From contig LKMP01000003.1 of assembly GCA_001563915.1 (NCBI GenBank), positions 1 through 64,000 of the forward strand: 64,000 nucleotides of DNA. The letters are read 5' to 3'. Source of the stretch: Nanohaloarchaea archaeon B1-Br10_U2g21. Lineage in GTDB: Archaea; Nanohalarchaeota; Nanosalinia; Nanosalinales; Nanosalinaceae. Both the position numbers and the translations under genes were made by a program. The notes beneath the pieces were generated by a model. It ran no database searches. It saw nothing but the letters and a program-made list of their open reading frames with translations, and was not told the origin of the DNA. The first letter of the stretch is position 1. The number at the start of each line of letters is the position of its first letter. Below, one piece after another: positions 9,720-17,867 of the stretch.

Positions 9720-10829
9720 ATGGAAGATCAAATTGAAAAGGCTAGGAACGGTTCAGGCGTACCGCCGCAGAGAAACGATAAAAGCCATGAAATCGACGAT
9801 GAGCTGGAAAGTCTTATAGAACAGCGCAAAGCCGAGATAAAAGTTATTGGTGCCGGAGGAGCAGGAAACAATACTATTTCCAGACTAGTAGATGTTGGTA
9901 TCGAAGGATGTGAAACAGTAGCTATGAACACTGATGCTCAAGATCTTCTCTACGCAAACGCCGATAAGAAAGTATTAATTGGTAAAGAGCTAACACAGGG
10001 TCTTGGAGCTGGAGCAGACCCAAAAGTAGGAGAGGAGTCTGCTAAAGAATCCCAACAAAAAGTAAAAGAGACCGTAAAAGGCGCAGACATGGTGTTCGTG
10101 ACGTGCGGACTTGGAGGAGGTACAGGAACAGGATCCCTGCCTGTAATCGCTGAACAAGCTAAAAAAGAAGGCGCACTAACAGTAGGTATTGTCACATTAC
10201 CATTTGAAATGGAAGGGCAATCAAGACAAAAAAATGCAGAGTATGGATTAGAACGCTTAGAAGACATTGTAGACACATTAATCGTAATTCCAAACGATAA
10301 ATTGCTCCAGATCGTTCCAGACGTATCACTAAATACTGCATTCAAGATCGCGGATGAAATACTAGTAAACGCGGTTAAAGGTGTAACCGAACTGGTAACA
10401 AAACCTGGCCTCGTTAACTTAGACTTTGCAGACATCAGAGCCGTCATGGGAGAAGGAGGAATAGCGATGATAGGAATGGGTCAAAGTGACACAGACTCTC
10501 GAGCAAGCGAAGCAGTTACAAAGGCATTATCTAACCCGCTACTTGATGTTGAAATCGATGGCGGGAAGGGAGCATTGGTCAACGTTACAGGAGGCACATC
10601 TCTGTCTCTGAACGAAGCCCAGGAAGTTGTAAACACTGTAAGTGATAAACTAAGCGATCACGCCAAAATAATTTGGGGAGCACAAGTCCGGGAAGACATG
10701 GACAGCACCCTCCAAACCATGATAATCGTAACAGGTGTCGAGAGCCCTCAAATCTACGGCCCTGACAAAACAATGAGTGACGAATACGAAGAAGAAATAG
10801 AAAGAGAGTTAGGCGTTGAGTTCATCTAA
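9720..10829 (+). CDS. ftsZ: cell division GTPase FtsZ
   Basis: Tubulin/FtsZ signature GGGTGTG (…CGLGGGTGTGSLPVIAE…), GAGGAGNN N-terminal GTP loop, conserved position upstream of secE-nusG. Confidence 0.9.
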   Translation: MEDQIEKARNGSGVPPQRNDKSHEIDDELESLIEQRKAEIKVIGAGGAGNNTISRLVDVGIEGCETVAMNTDAQDLLYANADKKVLIGKELTQGLGAGADPKVGEESAKESQQKVKETVKGADMVFVTCGLGGGTGTGSLPVIAEQAKKEGALTVGIVTLPFEMEGQSRQKNAEYGLERLEDIVDTLIVIPNDKLLQIVPDVSLNTAFKIADEILVNAVKGVTELVTKPGLVNLDFADIRAVMGEGGIAMIGMGQSDTDSRASEAVTKALSNPLLDVEIDGGKGALVNVTGGTSLSLNEAQEVVNTVSDKLSDHAKIIWGAQVREDMDSTLQTMIIVTGVESPQIYGPDKTMSDEYEEEIERELGVEFI

Positions 10830-10847
10830 ATTATAGGTAGACTCGAG

Positions 10848-10880
10848 AGGGATTGTCCTTTCTTTGAAAAGGCAATCCAC
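10848..10880 (+). terminator. imperfect hairpin followed by a T-rich tract downstream of ftsZ
   Basis: gggattgtcc…ggcaatcc inverted repeat followed by a T-rich stretch. Confidence 0.3.
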
Positions 10881-11041
10881 TCACTCTTTACATATTACTC
10901 CAAATTTTTCTATATTACGGCTTTCATAATGACTTTAATCAGTATTCTAGATCTTAGCCATAGATAATCTCCAAAAGCCATCTTTACCAGCCTGTTTTGA
11001 TAACACAAGACTTCAAATAATACCTTTCCTAATCCTTAATT

Positions 11042-11278
11042 ATGGATAACGTAATCTGGATAATAATTGCTGCAGCAGTAATCATAGCGCTTGCAGGCAT
11101 TCTATTATTCATAGGTGCAGACAGTTTAACAGACATACAATCTGACGCAGACGACATAAGCGGACAAGACAGACCCGACGACTGGGAGAGTTATGCTAAT
11201 ATACCCGACTTCAGGCTGGGAGACTCCTATTTTCTTGATAATGTAAGATTAGCTACCTCCGAAATAAGCCACGGATAG
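11042..11278 (+). CDS. small membrane protein (N-terminal TM helix, acidic tail), paralog A
   Basis: MDNVIWIIIAAAVIIALAGILLFIG… is a hydrophobic helix. Paralogous to the next ORF. Confidence 0.5.
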   Translation: MDNVIWIIIAAAVIIALAGILLFIGADSLTDIQSDADDISGQDRPDDWESYANIPDFRLGDSYFLDNVRLATSEISHG

Positions 11279-11312
11279 GTTTATACATGAGTCATGACAT
11301 AACGATTAATAC

Positions 11313-11543
11313 ATGGACAAAGTACTGTGGATTGTTATTGCAGCAGCAGTCGCTATTGCATTAGCAGGAGTAGTAATGTTTATTGCAGTAGGCGGTGATT
11401 CTTCTGTCTCAGAGATGATAGGCGAAGCAGACGACACAAGAGACAGCCAGACATGCTCATTTATAGAAGACGAGGTAGATGCAGGCCGGATGAGTTGCGA
11501 TAATCCAGATGTAGAAGATTGCGATATTGATGCCTGTAGTTAA
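11313..11543 (+). CDS. small membrane protein (N-terminal TM helix, acidic Cys-rich tail), paralog B
   Basis: MDKVLWIVIAAAVAIALAGVVMFIA… is near-identical to the N-terminus of paralog A. The C-terminal tail carries 5 Cys (CSF…SCDNPDVEDCDIDACS). Confidence 0.5.
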   Translation: MDKVLWIVIAAAVAIALAGVVMFIAVGGDSSVSEMIGEADDTRDSQTCSFIEDEVDAGRMSCDNPDVEDCDIDACS

Positions 11544-11686
11544 CAGGGTTTTTAAATGTTCCATGAGTTGTTTTTCTTAGCTCGTTAACACCACTCCAAA
11601 AAAAGATTGGTGTAACACACCAGAGTGGAAGAGCGACTTTCAACTAGTCGTTCTTCTAAGCTCCAAAGCAACAAGGTATAAACGCT

Positions 11687-11902
11687 ATGAATTCAGAAGA
11701 CCTGAAAAATAAGGCCTTAACCGGAAAAAGAACCGTAAAGCGAAAGCTCAGAGAATATCTCAGAGTGCTTAAAATCGCCGAAAAGCCAAACAGAGAAGAA
11801 TACGAAATGGCCACAAAAATAACAGGAGCCGGTATTATAATCATAGGCTTAATCGGATTCATATTTTACCTGTCAGCAAACCTACTACCAAGAGTCCTTT
11901 AG
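11687..11902 (+). CDS. secE: protein translocase subunit SecE/Sec61-gamma
   Basis: 71 aa, basic N-terminus and a single C-terminal TM helix, conserved position immediately upstream of nusG/spt5. Confidence 0.7.
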   Translation: MNSEDLKNKALTGKRTVKRKLREYLRVLKIAEKPNREEYEMATKITGAGIIIIGLIGFIFYLSANLLPRVL

Positions 11903-11909
11903 ATCAAAA

Positions 11910-12338
11910 ATGATACTCACCGTAAGAACAACACGTGGAAGAGAGAAAACAGTAGTAAACTCAATGAGAAGCAAGGTTAAATCCCGCAATCTGGATATAA
12001 GAGCAGTACTAGCTCCAGATGACTTAAAAGGATACATCTTTGTCGAAGGCAATAAACAAGACGTTAAAGACATAGTCTCAGATCTCAGAAACGCCCGGGG
12101 AGTAATTGATCAAGAAATAGGCCTAGATCAAATTGAAAAGTATCTAAGCGAAGAACAAGAAGAAATAAAGATTGAAGAAGGCGATGAAGTGGAAGTAGTA
12201 GGCGGACCTTTCAAAGGAGAAGACGCAAAAATCAAGAGAGTAGACGATACAAACCGAGAAGTGACCATAGAGCTGCTTGATGCAGCCGTTCCAATCCCTA
12301 CAACCGTGGACGCAGATATGGTAAGGAAAAAGGCCTGA
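11910..12338 (+). CDS. spt5: transcription elongation factor Spt5/NusG
   Basis: NGN domain followed by a KOW motif (VEVVGGPFKGEDAKIKRV). Conserved secE-nusG-L11 synteny. Confidence 0.85.
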   Translation: MILTVRTTRGREKTVVNSMRSKVKSRNLDIRAVLAPDDLKGYIFVEGNKQDVKDIVSDLRNARGVIDQEIGLDQIEKYLSEEQEEIKIEEGDEVEVVGGPFKGEDAKIKRVDDTNREVTIELLDAAVPIPTTVDADMVRKKA

Positions 12339-12374
12339 AAAGGCGTAAAACAGTATTAAGGTGAAAAATTAACA

Positions 12375-12875
12375 ATGGGAGACAAGACTACCATCAATAC
12401 CCTGGTAGAAGGAGGATCAGCAAGTGCTGGGCCTCCGCTAGGACCCGAACTAGGACCTTTGCCTGCTGACGTAGGCGAAGTAGTTCAATCTATAAACGAT
12501 AAAACCTCAGATTTCGAAGGAATGGAAGTACCTGTCGATGTAACAGTCGATGAAGAAACCGGTGAATTTGAAATAGAAGTTGGAAAGCCGCCTACAGCAG
12601 CGCTTATCAAGGATCTGCTAGGTATTGAGTCCGGCTCTGGAGAACCTAACTTGAACAAGGTCGCAGACATGGAGTTCTCACAGGCATGTAAAGTTGCACG
12701 CATGAAGTCAACTGACTTGCTTGGGATGGACTTGAGAGGCTGTGTGAAAGAAGTCATAGGAACAGCCCAGTCAATGGGAATCACTGTCGATGGTAATGAA
12801 GCACTTGAAGTGCAGAATGCTATCGATGATGGTGAGTACGATGAACAACTTGAACAGGAGGATGACATCAAATGA
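12375..12875 (+). CDS. rpl11: 50S ribosomal protein L11
   Basis: GPPLGPELGPLP…KPPTAALIK L11 signature. Confidence 0.9.
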   Translation: MGDKTTINTLVEGGSASAGPPLGPELGPLPADVGEVVQSINDKTSDFEGMEVPVDVTVDEETGEFEIEVGKPPTAALIKDLLGIESGSGEPNLNKVADMEFSQACKVARMKSTDLLGMDLRGCVKEVIGTAQSMGITVDGNEALEVQNAIDDGEYDEQLEQEDDIK

Positions 12876-13498
12876 ATTTCAGCGAAGCAATAGAAGAAGC
12901 AGTTGAAAGTTCAGAAGACAGGAACTTTACAGAGAGCATCGACTTAATTATCAATTTCAAAGACTTGGACTTAAGCGATCCTAATAACAGATTCAACGAA
13001 GATTTGAAATTGCCTTATCAGGCAGATGACAACATTAAGGTAGCTGTAATCGGAGAATCTATTATTAACAACGCCGATAATGCAGACAGAATCATTGACA
13101 AAAATGAACTCGAAGACATGTTTGACAATCCTGACGAAGCTAAGGAACTGGCAGAAGAGTATTCATTCCTTATTGCAGAAGCTCCTCTGATGCCTAAGAT
13201 AGGTCAGCAACTTGGACAAGTATTTGGTCCGAGAAACATGATGCCTGATCCAATGCCTCCAGGAAGCGATCCAAGCGACAAAATTGAAGACCTTAGAAAC
13301 ACAGTTACACTAAGACTAAGAGAGGATCCATTGCTACAGGTTAAAGTAGGTAATGAAGAACAGGAAGAAGGCGAAGTATCCAGCAACGCTGAATCAGTCT
13401 ACAACTTTATTTTAGATAGATTGCCTCAAGGAAACAACAATGTCAAATCAGTCTTATTGAAGACTACAATGGGCAGTCCAGCAGAGGTGGATCAGTAA
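12872..13498 (+). CDS. rpl1: 50S ribosomal protein L1
   Basis: Position in the L11-L1-L10-L12 cluster, L1-like sequence (…KVAVIGE…GPRNMMPDP…), ATGA-overlap coupling with L11. Confidence 0.85.
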   Translation: MNFSEAIEEAVESSEDRNFTESIDLIINFKDLDLSDPNNRFNEDLKLPYQADDNIKVAVIGESIINNADNADRIIDKNELEDMFDNPDEAKELAEEYSFLIAEAPLMPKIGQQLGQVFGPRNMMPDPMPPGSDPSDKIEDLRNTVTLRLREDPLLQVKVGNEEQEEGEVSSNAESVYNFILDRLPQGNNNVKSVLLKTTMGSPAEVDQ

Positions 13499-14427
13499 TG
13501 GTTCAGCCAAAGCCAAAGAACATGACCCGTAGTCAGAAAGAGACAAAGGTCAAAGAATTCAAAGAGAAAATTGAAGAAAATCCTGTTGTAGGTATTCTTG
13601 ACATGAACAGTCTTCCTTCTAGGCAACTGCAACAAATCAAGAAAGAGATGAAGGAGTTCGCAGACATCAAGATGAGTAGAAAGACCTTGATGCAGCTATC
13701 AATAGACAAAGCTGAGAAAGATGGAGTAGAAGAACTACAAAACAACAGCGCAGTACAACCAGCGTTCATCTTTTCTGAAAAAGATCCTTTCCAGCTATAC
13801 TCATTAATCAAGAAGAACAAGACCAGTGCAGCAGCACAGGGAGGAGAAATCGCACCTTCCGATATTGAAGTACCTGAAGGCGATACAGGGATAGGTCCTG
13901 GACCAATGCTTGGAAAACTTCAACAGACTGGAGCCCAGGTACAGGTAGACGATGGAACTATTCACGTTCAGAAAGGATCTGTAATGGTTGAAAAAGGAGA
14001 TACCATCACGAGAGACGATGCTGAAATACTCAATCAATTAGGTCTAGAACCTCTTGAAATAGGTCTAGATCTCGATATCGCCTATAATGATGGAGAAATC
14101 TTCACAGCTGAACAGCTAGACATAGATGAAGAAGAATATCGTGAAGACGTGGAATCTGCAGCTAGCATGGCTTTCAATCTTGCAGTCAATGCAGGAGTTA
14201 TCAACAAATCAACTGCTCCAGCCATCATTGGTGATGCAGTAAGTAAAGCACGTAACCTCTCTATCAGCGAAGGAATTCCTACAGATGACACAATTGAGGA
14301 GATTCTTGCTTATGCATCATCTAATGCACAAGGTGTAGGCTCACAAGTTGATTTAGAAAGCGTAAATCTCGAGACATCTGATGACTCTGAAGAAACAGAA
14401 GAATCAGAAGAGAAAGATGAGGAATAA
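13498..14427 (+). CDS. rplP0: 50S ribosomal stalk protein P0 (L10)
   Basis: Synteny. Acidic C-terminal tail (SDDSEETEESEEKDEE). About 309 aa, typical of archaeal P0. Confidence 0.9.
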   Translation: MVQPKPKNMTRSQKETKVKEFKEKIEENPVVGILDMNSLPSRQLQQIKKEMKEFADIKMSRKTLMQLSIDKAEKDGVEELQNNSAVQPAFIFSEKDPFQLYSLIKKNKTSAAAQGGEIAPSDIEVPEGDTGIGPGPMLGKLQQTGAQVQVDDGTIHVQKGSVMVEKGDTITRDDAEILNQLGLEPLEIGLDLDIAYNDGEIFTAEQLDIDEEEYREDVESAASMAFNLAVNAGVINKSTAPAIIGDAVSKARNLSISEGIPTDDTIEEILAYASSNAQGVGSQVDLESVNLETSDDSEETEESEEKDEE

Positions 14428-14428
14428 C

Positions 14429-15130
14429 TCAGGCCTTCTTTAAGGCCTTTCCTATCTTTTTCTTTTCTTCCGACATTATATTTGCTATTTCTTCCCTATC
14501 TTCTCTAATTAAAGCCAGATTAAGGCGTTTTTCTCGATGGTAGAGCTGACTTACCTCTTTAGCATTTATTTCTTGATTATCTAACGTTATTTTACCATCA
14601 TGCACGCTTCCTTCTTCATCCACTAAAGCGTTGAGGTCTTGATCATAGTTCATCTGAGATAGGATTTGATGCAAGTATTTTGGGTAACGTAGCTCGTAAA
14701 CCTTTCTATTGTATATTCTATAAGGCACCTCGCCTATCAGGCCTAAAAGATTTGCAAATCTTTCCACCAATCCTCTATCAGAAGCCTGATATACAGGAAT
14801 ACCATTCTGATTAACATTGACAGAACAATCTATGCGGGTTAATAGCTCATTGTTTTCAGGAATAGGGAAAACTGGGTTTTTCACAGCTCTGCTTCTGCCT
14901 CTTCCCTTATAGGCTTGCACAAATCTAGGCTGATTCCCAAATATTTGTTTAATTAACTCAATCGGTAGATAAGAGCGTTTAGACTTCCAATTGTACATCT
15001 TGCTTGATGGTATATCGAAGGTGCGTGAAAAGTTCTTGATCCCTCCAAACTCGTCTATAACATGCCAGAACTCTTCTCTACCTTCTTTATTCAGTTTCAC
15101 TCTTATGCCTTCTAACTCAGAAAATTCCAT
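14429..15130 (-). CDS. hypothetical basic (K/R-rich) protein of unknown function, possibly nucleic-acid binding; inserted between rplP0 and rplP1 on the opposite strand
   Basis: 233-aa ORF. Its composition is strongly basic, unlike the acidic proteome around it. A weak LAGLIDADG-like segment (FANLLGLIGEVPY) is present. No firm family assignment. Confidence 0.5.
   Translation of the reverse strand: MEFSELEGIRVKLNKEGREEFWHVIDEFGGIKNFSRTFDIPSSKMYNWKSKRSYLPIELIKQIFGNQPRFVQAYKGRGRSRAVKNPVFPIPENNELLTRIDCSVNVNQNGIPVYQASDRGLVERFANLLGLIGEVPYRIYNRKVYELRYPKYLHQILSQMNYDQDLNALVDEEGSVHDGKITLDNQEINAKEVSQLYHREKRLNLALIREDREEIANIMSEEKKKIGKALKKA
14431..14448. terminator. perfect 7-bp hairpin (AGGCCTT-cttt-AAGGCCT) between convergent gene ends, candidate bidirectional terminator
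   Basis: Inverted repeat read directly from the sequence, followed by a T-rich tract (tttcctatctttttc). Confidence 0.4.
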
Positions 15131-15296
15131 CTATAATCAAATATGCATTACCACTATTTATGTCTGATTATATTCTTAGAGTTAGCTTTAGATTTTGTGA
15201 GTTATTAGAAATATCCTCTAACCCAAATTAGTATTCATATATGTGCTTTCTCTTTTTATTACTAAGGTTCTTTATCCCAGTTAAGGTGTAACAAAA

Positions 15297-15602
15297 ATGG
15301 AACTAATTTACGCAGCACTTACCCTGCACGAAGCAGGAAAAGAAGTTAACGAAGACAACCTAGAATCAATCGTAGACGCAGCAGATCTTGAAGTAGAAGA
15401 CTCAGAAATTGCAGCTCTAGTAGCCGCACTCGAAGACGTAGACATTGAAGAAGCAATGGAAACTGCAGTTGCAGCAGGCGGAGCAGCAGCCGCACCAGCA
15501 GCCTCAGAAGAGACAGAAGAAGATGATGCAGAAGAAGAGGAAGAAGAGGAAGACGACGATTCTGAAGAAGAAGCAGCTGCCGGCCTAGGAAGCATGTTCT
15601 AA
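15297..15602 (+). CDS. rplP1: 50S ribosomal stalk protein P1 (L12)
   Basis: MELIYAALTLHEAGKE… N-terminus, Ala-rich hinge, poly-acidic tail ending GLGSMF. SD aaGGTGtaac lies 8 nt upstream of the start. Confidence 0.85.
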   Translation: MELIYAALTLHEAGKEVNEDNLESIVDAADLEVEDSEIAALVAALEDVDIEEAMETAVAAGGAAAAPAASEETEEDDAEEEEEEEDDDSEEEAAAGLGSMF

Positions 15603-15613
15603 GGCCGCCAAGG

Positions 15614-15632
15614 TTTTTTTCTTTTTCCCCCT
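15614..15632 (+). terminator. oligo-T archaeal intrinsic terminator after rplP1
   Basis: ggTTTTTTTcTTTTTccccc lies directly after the stop codon. Confidence 0.5.
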
Positions 15633-15664
15633 TATTTTATATCTCCAGAAAACAATTATTACTT

Positions 15665-16795
15665 ATGAGTGACGAACTTCTCGGCGAATTGGACGAATTT
15701 TTTGAATCGATCCGCACAGAAATAGACATATACCAGAGAATTAGCCCCGAGAACGAAAGAGAAGTAAGAACCTGGTTCGAGCAACAACTAGAATCTAACA
15801 CAAACATAGAAAATCCCGAATTTACCTACAAAACTTCAAACCTCTCAAATGAAAAAGAGAAATTAAACATTCTAGAAAACAAACTTGAAAGCGCAGAAAT
15901 TAATCCTGATATTGAAAGCCTCTACCTAGATTCCCTAAATGAAATAAACGCTTTAATTGAAATAGCCGAGAATATAGGAAATCCTAATACTGTTATAAAC
16001 GCCTCAAAACAGATTTACGGCACCCCTTCCGAACAAACCATAGCACTAGCCAATCAGATACTAGAATCAACAACCAATACTAACAGAACAGCCCAGACTT
16101 TCACCTCATCACAGATGAATATGGTAATGGATGACACTCTCAACAGAGCAGGCCTCACAGACTGGAACACAGAATTCGTTGATAAGGGATCCATATCAGT
16201 AAGCGGCCCTCAGAAAAAAATTAACATTCCTAAACATCGAGAATATACAACCAACGAAATCCAAAGATTACCTCTCCACGAAGTTGGAGCACATGCTTTC
16301 AGAGCAGCAAACGGTAATATACAAGATTATGGTGTAATGGAGCACGGAACAGGATCTTATCATGCCACAGAAGAAGGTTTAGCTCTTTTATTAGAAGAAT
16401 CTGCAGATTTATCGAATCCTACTCTTATGAGAAAATATGCTGGCCGAGTAAAAGCAGTCCAGTCTGTTCTAGAAGGTAATAACTACAATGAAACCTACAA
16501 CTTGATGAGAGAACACCAGTTCAGCCAAAACCAAGCCTGGAACTTAGCTCTAAGAGCCCACCGCGGAGGAGGCTTCATAAAAGACCATATTTATCTAGAA
16601 GGTAGAACACAGGTGCAAGAACATCTAGAACAAGGTGGAAACATAGAAGACTTAATGATAGGGAAAATCTCAACTGACCAAGCCACACAACTTTCTGAAA
16701 ATGAGAGCATAAAATCTCCTGAATATCTTCCAGAAGACATCATCTCTATCGCAGCAACCATGGAAGAACTTCAAGAACAAATAGAGACCCTTTAA
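15665..16795 (+). CDS. DUF1704 / MATCAP-like putative zinc metallopeptidase (atypical HExxxH plus EEGLA motif)
   Basis: LHEVGAHAF (HExxxH) followed about 30 residues later by TEEGLALLLEE, matching the QEGLA-motif family (DUF1704, KIAA0895/MATCAP-like). 376 aa, within the range typical of that family. Confidence 0.5.
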   Translation: MSDELLGELDEFFESIRTEIDIYQRISPENEREVRTWFEQQLESNTNIENPEFTYKTSNLSNEKEKLNILENKLESAEINPDIESLYLDSLNEINALIEIAENIGNPNTVINASKQIYGTPSEQTIALANQILESTTNTNRTAQTFTSSQMNMVMDDTLNRAGLTDWNTEFVDKGSISVSGPQKKINIPKHREYTTNEIQRLPLHEVGAHAFRAANGNIQDYGVMEHGTGSYHATEEGLALLLEESADLSNPTLMRKYAGRVKAVQSVLEGNNYNETYNLMREHQFSQNQAWNLALRAHRGGGFIKDHIYLEGRTQVQEHLEQGGNIEDLMIGKISTDQATQLSENESIKSPEYLPEDIISIAATMEELQEQIETL

Positions 16796-16861
16796 CCCCT
16801 ATTCTGCTATCCACCGCTTAACCGCCTAAAATGTTAAATCATTAATCTAGTAACTAGACCT

Positions 16862-17842
16862 ATGATCCTCACAATTCTACTCATAACCGGCCTCCTCATC
16901 TTAGGAATAACTCTTTTCTCCACGTTCAAAATTGTTAGACCCGATCAGAGAGCAGTTATAGAACGGTTCGGAGACTACCATAAGTACTGTGATCCCGGAA
17001 TACACTTCCTATTGCCTTGGACTGACAAAATGTACAAAAGAAACGTCACCGAGCAAATGAAAAATGTCCAGCCTAGCGACATGATTACAAGAGAAAACCT
17101 GAACGCCAACGTTGACCTCGATGTATACTACCAAGTTAGACCTAATGAGGAAGATGTGAAAAAATCATTCTATAACGTTGACGACTACGAGAAACAAATC
17201 ACGCGTTTAGCGCAAACCACTGCAAGAAACGTTATAGGTACAAAACAGTTTGAAGAAGTAAATAGCGAAAGACAAAAGATCAATCAAACTCTACATCAAG
17301 AACTTGAAGAAGATACTGATGCATGGGGTATAGATGTCGTAAGAGTAGAAATGAAAGAAATTACTCCTCCTAGCGATGTCCAAGAATCAATGAACGAGAT
17401 TCTAAAAGCTGAGAACCGTAAAGATGCTGCACAAGATGATGCAAAAGCTACCGAAATTGAAGCACGCGGAAACAAAAAAGCAGCTATTGAAGAAGCAGAA
17501 GGTTTGAAGAAAGCAGCCGTACTTGAAGCCGAAGGAGACTCAAAAGCAATTGAATTACGAGCCACGGCTGAAGCTAACGAAATACAACTAGTTAACACTG
17601 CACTAAGAGAACACTTCAAAGGCGAAGCACAAGAACACAAAAAATTAGAAACAGTACAGAAATCTCTACAAAATGGTTCAAAATACATCGTAGACACTGA
17701 AAAAGATCTTACTACAGTTCTGTCAGAAGTTGGAGGCATAACACCATTGAAAGACCAGAATTTTGATGAACCAGAAGAAGGTCTAGACCTCAATATTGCA
17801 GATAAAATAGAGGATGCTAGTAAAAAACTAGAAGAACAATAA
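16862..17842 (+). CDS. SPFH/Band-7 (stomatin/prohibitin-like) membrane protein
   Basis: N-terminal TM helix, then FKIVRPDQRAVIERFG and a coiled-coil Ala/Glu-rich region typical of band-7 proteins. Confidence 0.85.
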   Translation: MILTILLITGLLILGITLFSTFKIVRPDQRAVIERFGDYHKYCDPGIHFLLPWTDKMYKRNVTEQMKNVQPSDMITRENLNANVDLDVYYQVRPNEEDVKKSFYNVDDYEKQITRLAQTTARNVIGTKQFEEVNSERQKINQTLHQELEEDTDAWGIDVVRVEMKEITPPSDVQESMNEILKAENRKDAAQDDAKATEIEARGNKKAAIEEAEGLKKAAVLEAEGDSKAIELRATAEANEIQLVNTALREHFKGEAQEHKKLETVQKSLQNGSKYIVDTEKDLTTVLSEVGGITPLKDQNFDEPEEGLDLNIADKIEDASKKLEEQ

Positions 17843-17867
17843 AAAAATACGTCGCCCCAGCTAAAGC

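Noticed and set aside
9950-10447. 165-aa minus-strand ORF inside ftsZ
   Set aside because: Antisense to an unambiguous FtsZ gene. Ser/Thr-rich low-complexity translation.
14429-15130. Confident call of the inserted basic ORF as a LAGLIDADG homing endonuclease
   Set aside because: Only one weak LAGLIDADG-like stretch (LLGLIGE) and no clear second motif or catalytic Asp. Retained as a hypothesis, not an annotation.
15308-15595. 95-aa minus-strand ORF (Ser/Ala-rich) antisense to rplP1
   Set aside because: Artefact of the GAA/GCA-rich acidic-tail coding sequence read antisense. Low-complexity Ser-rich product.
17296-17793. 165-aa minus-strand ORF inside the SPFH gene
   Set aside because: Ser-rich antisense frame of an Ala/Glu-rich coiled-coil coding region. 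The SPFH gene has clear family motifs.
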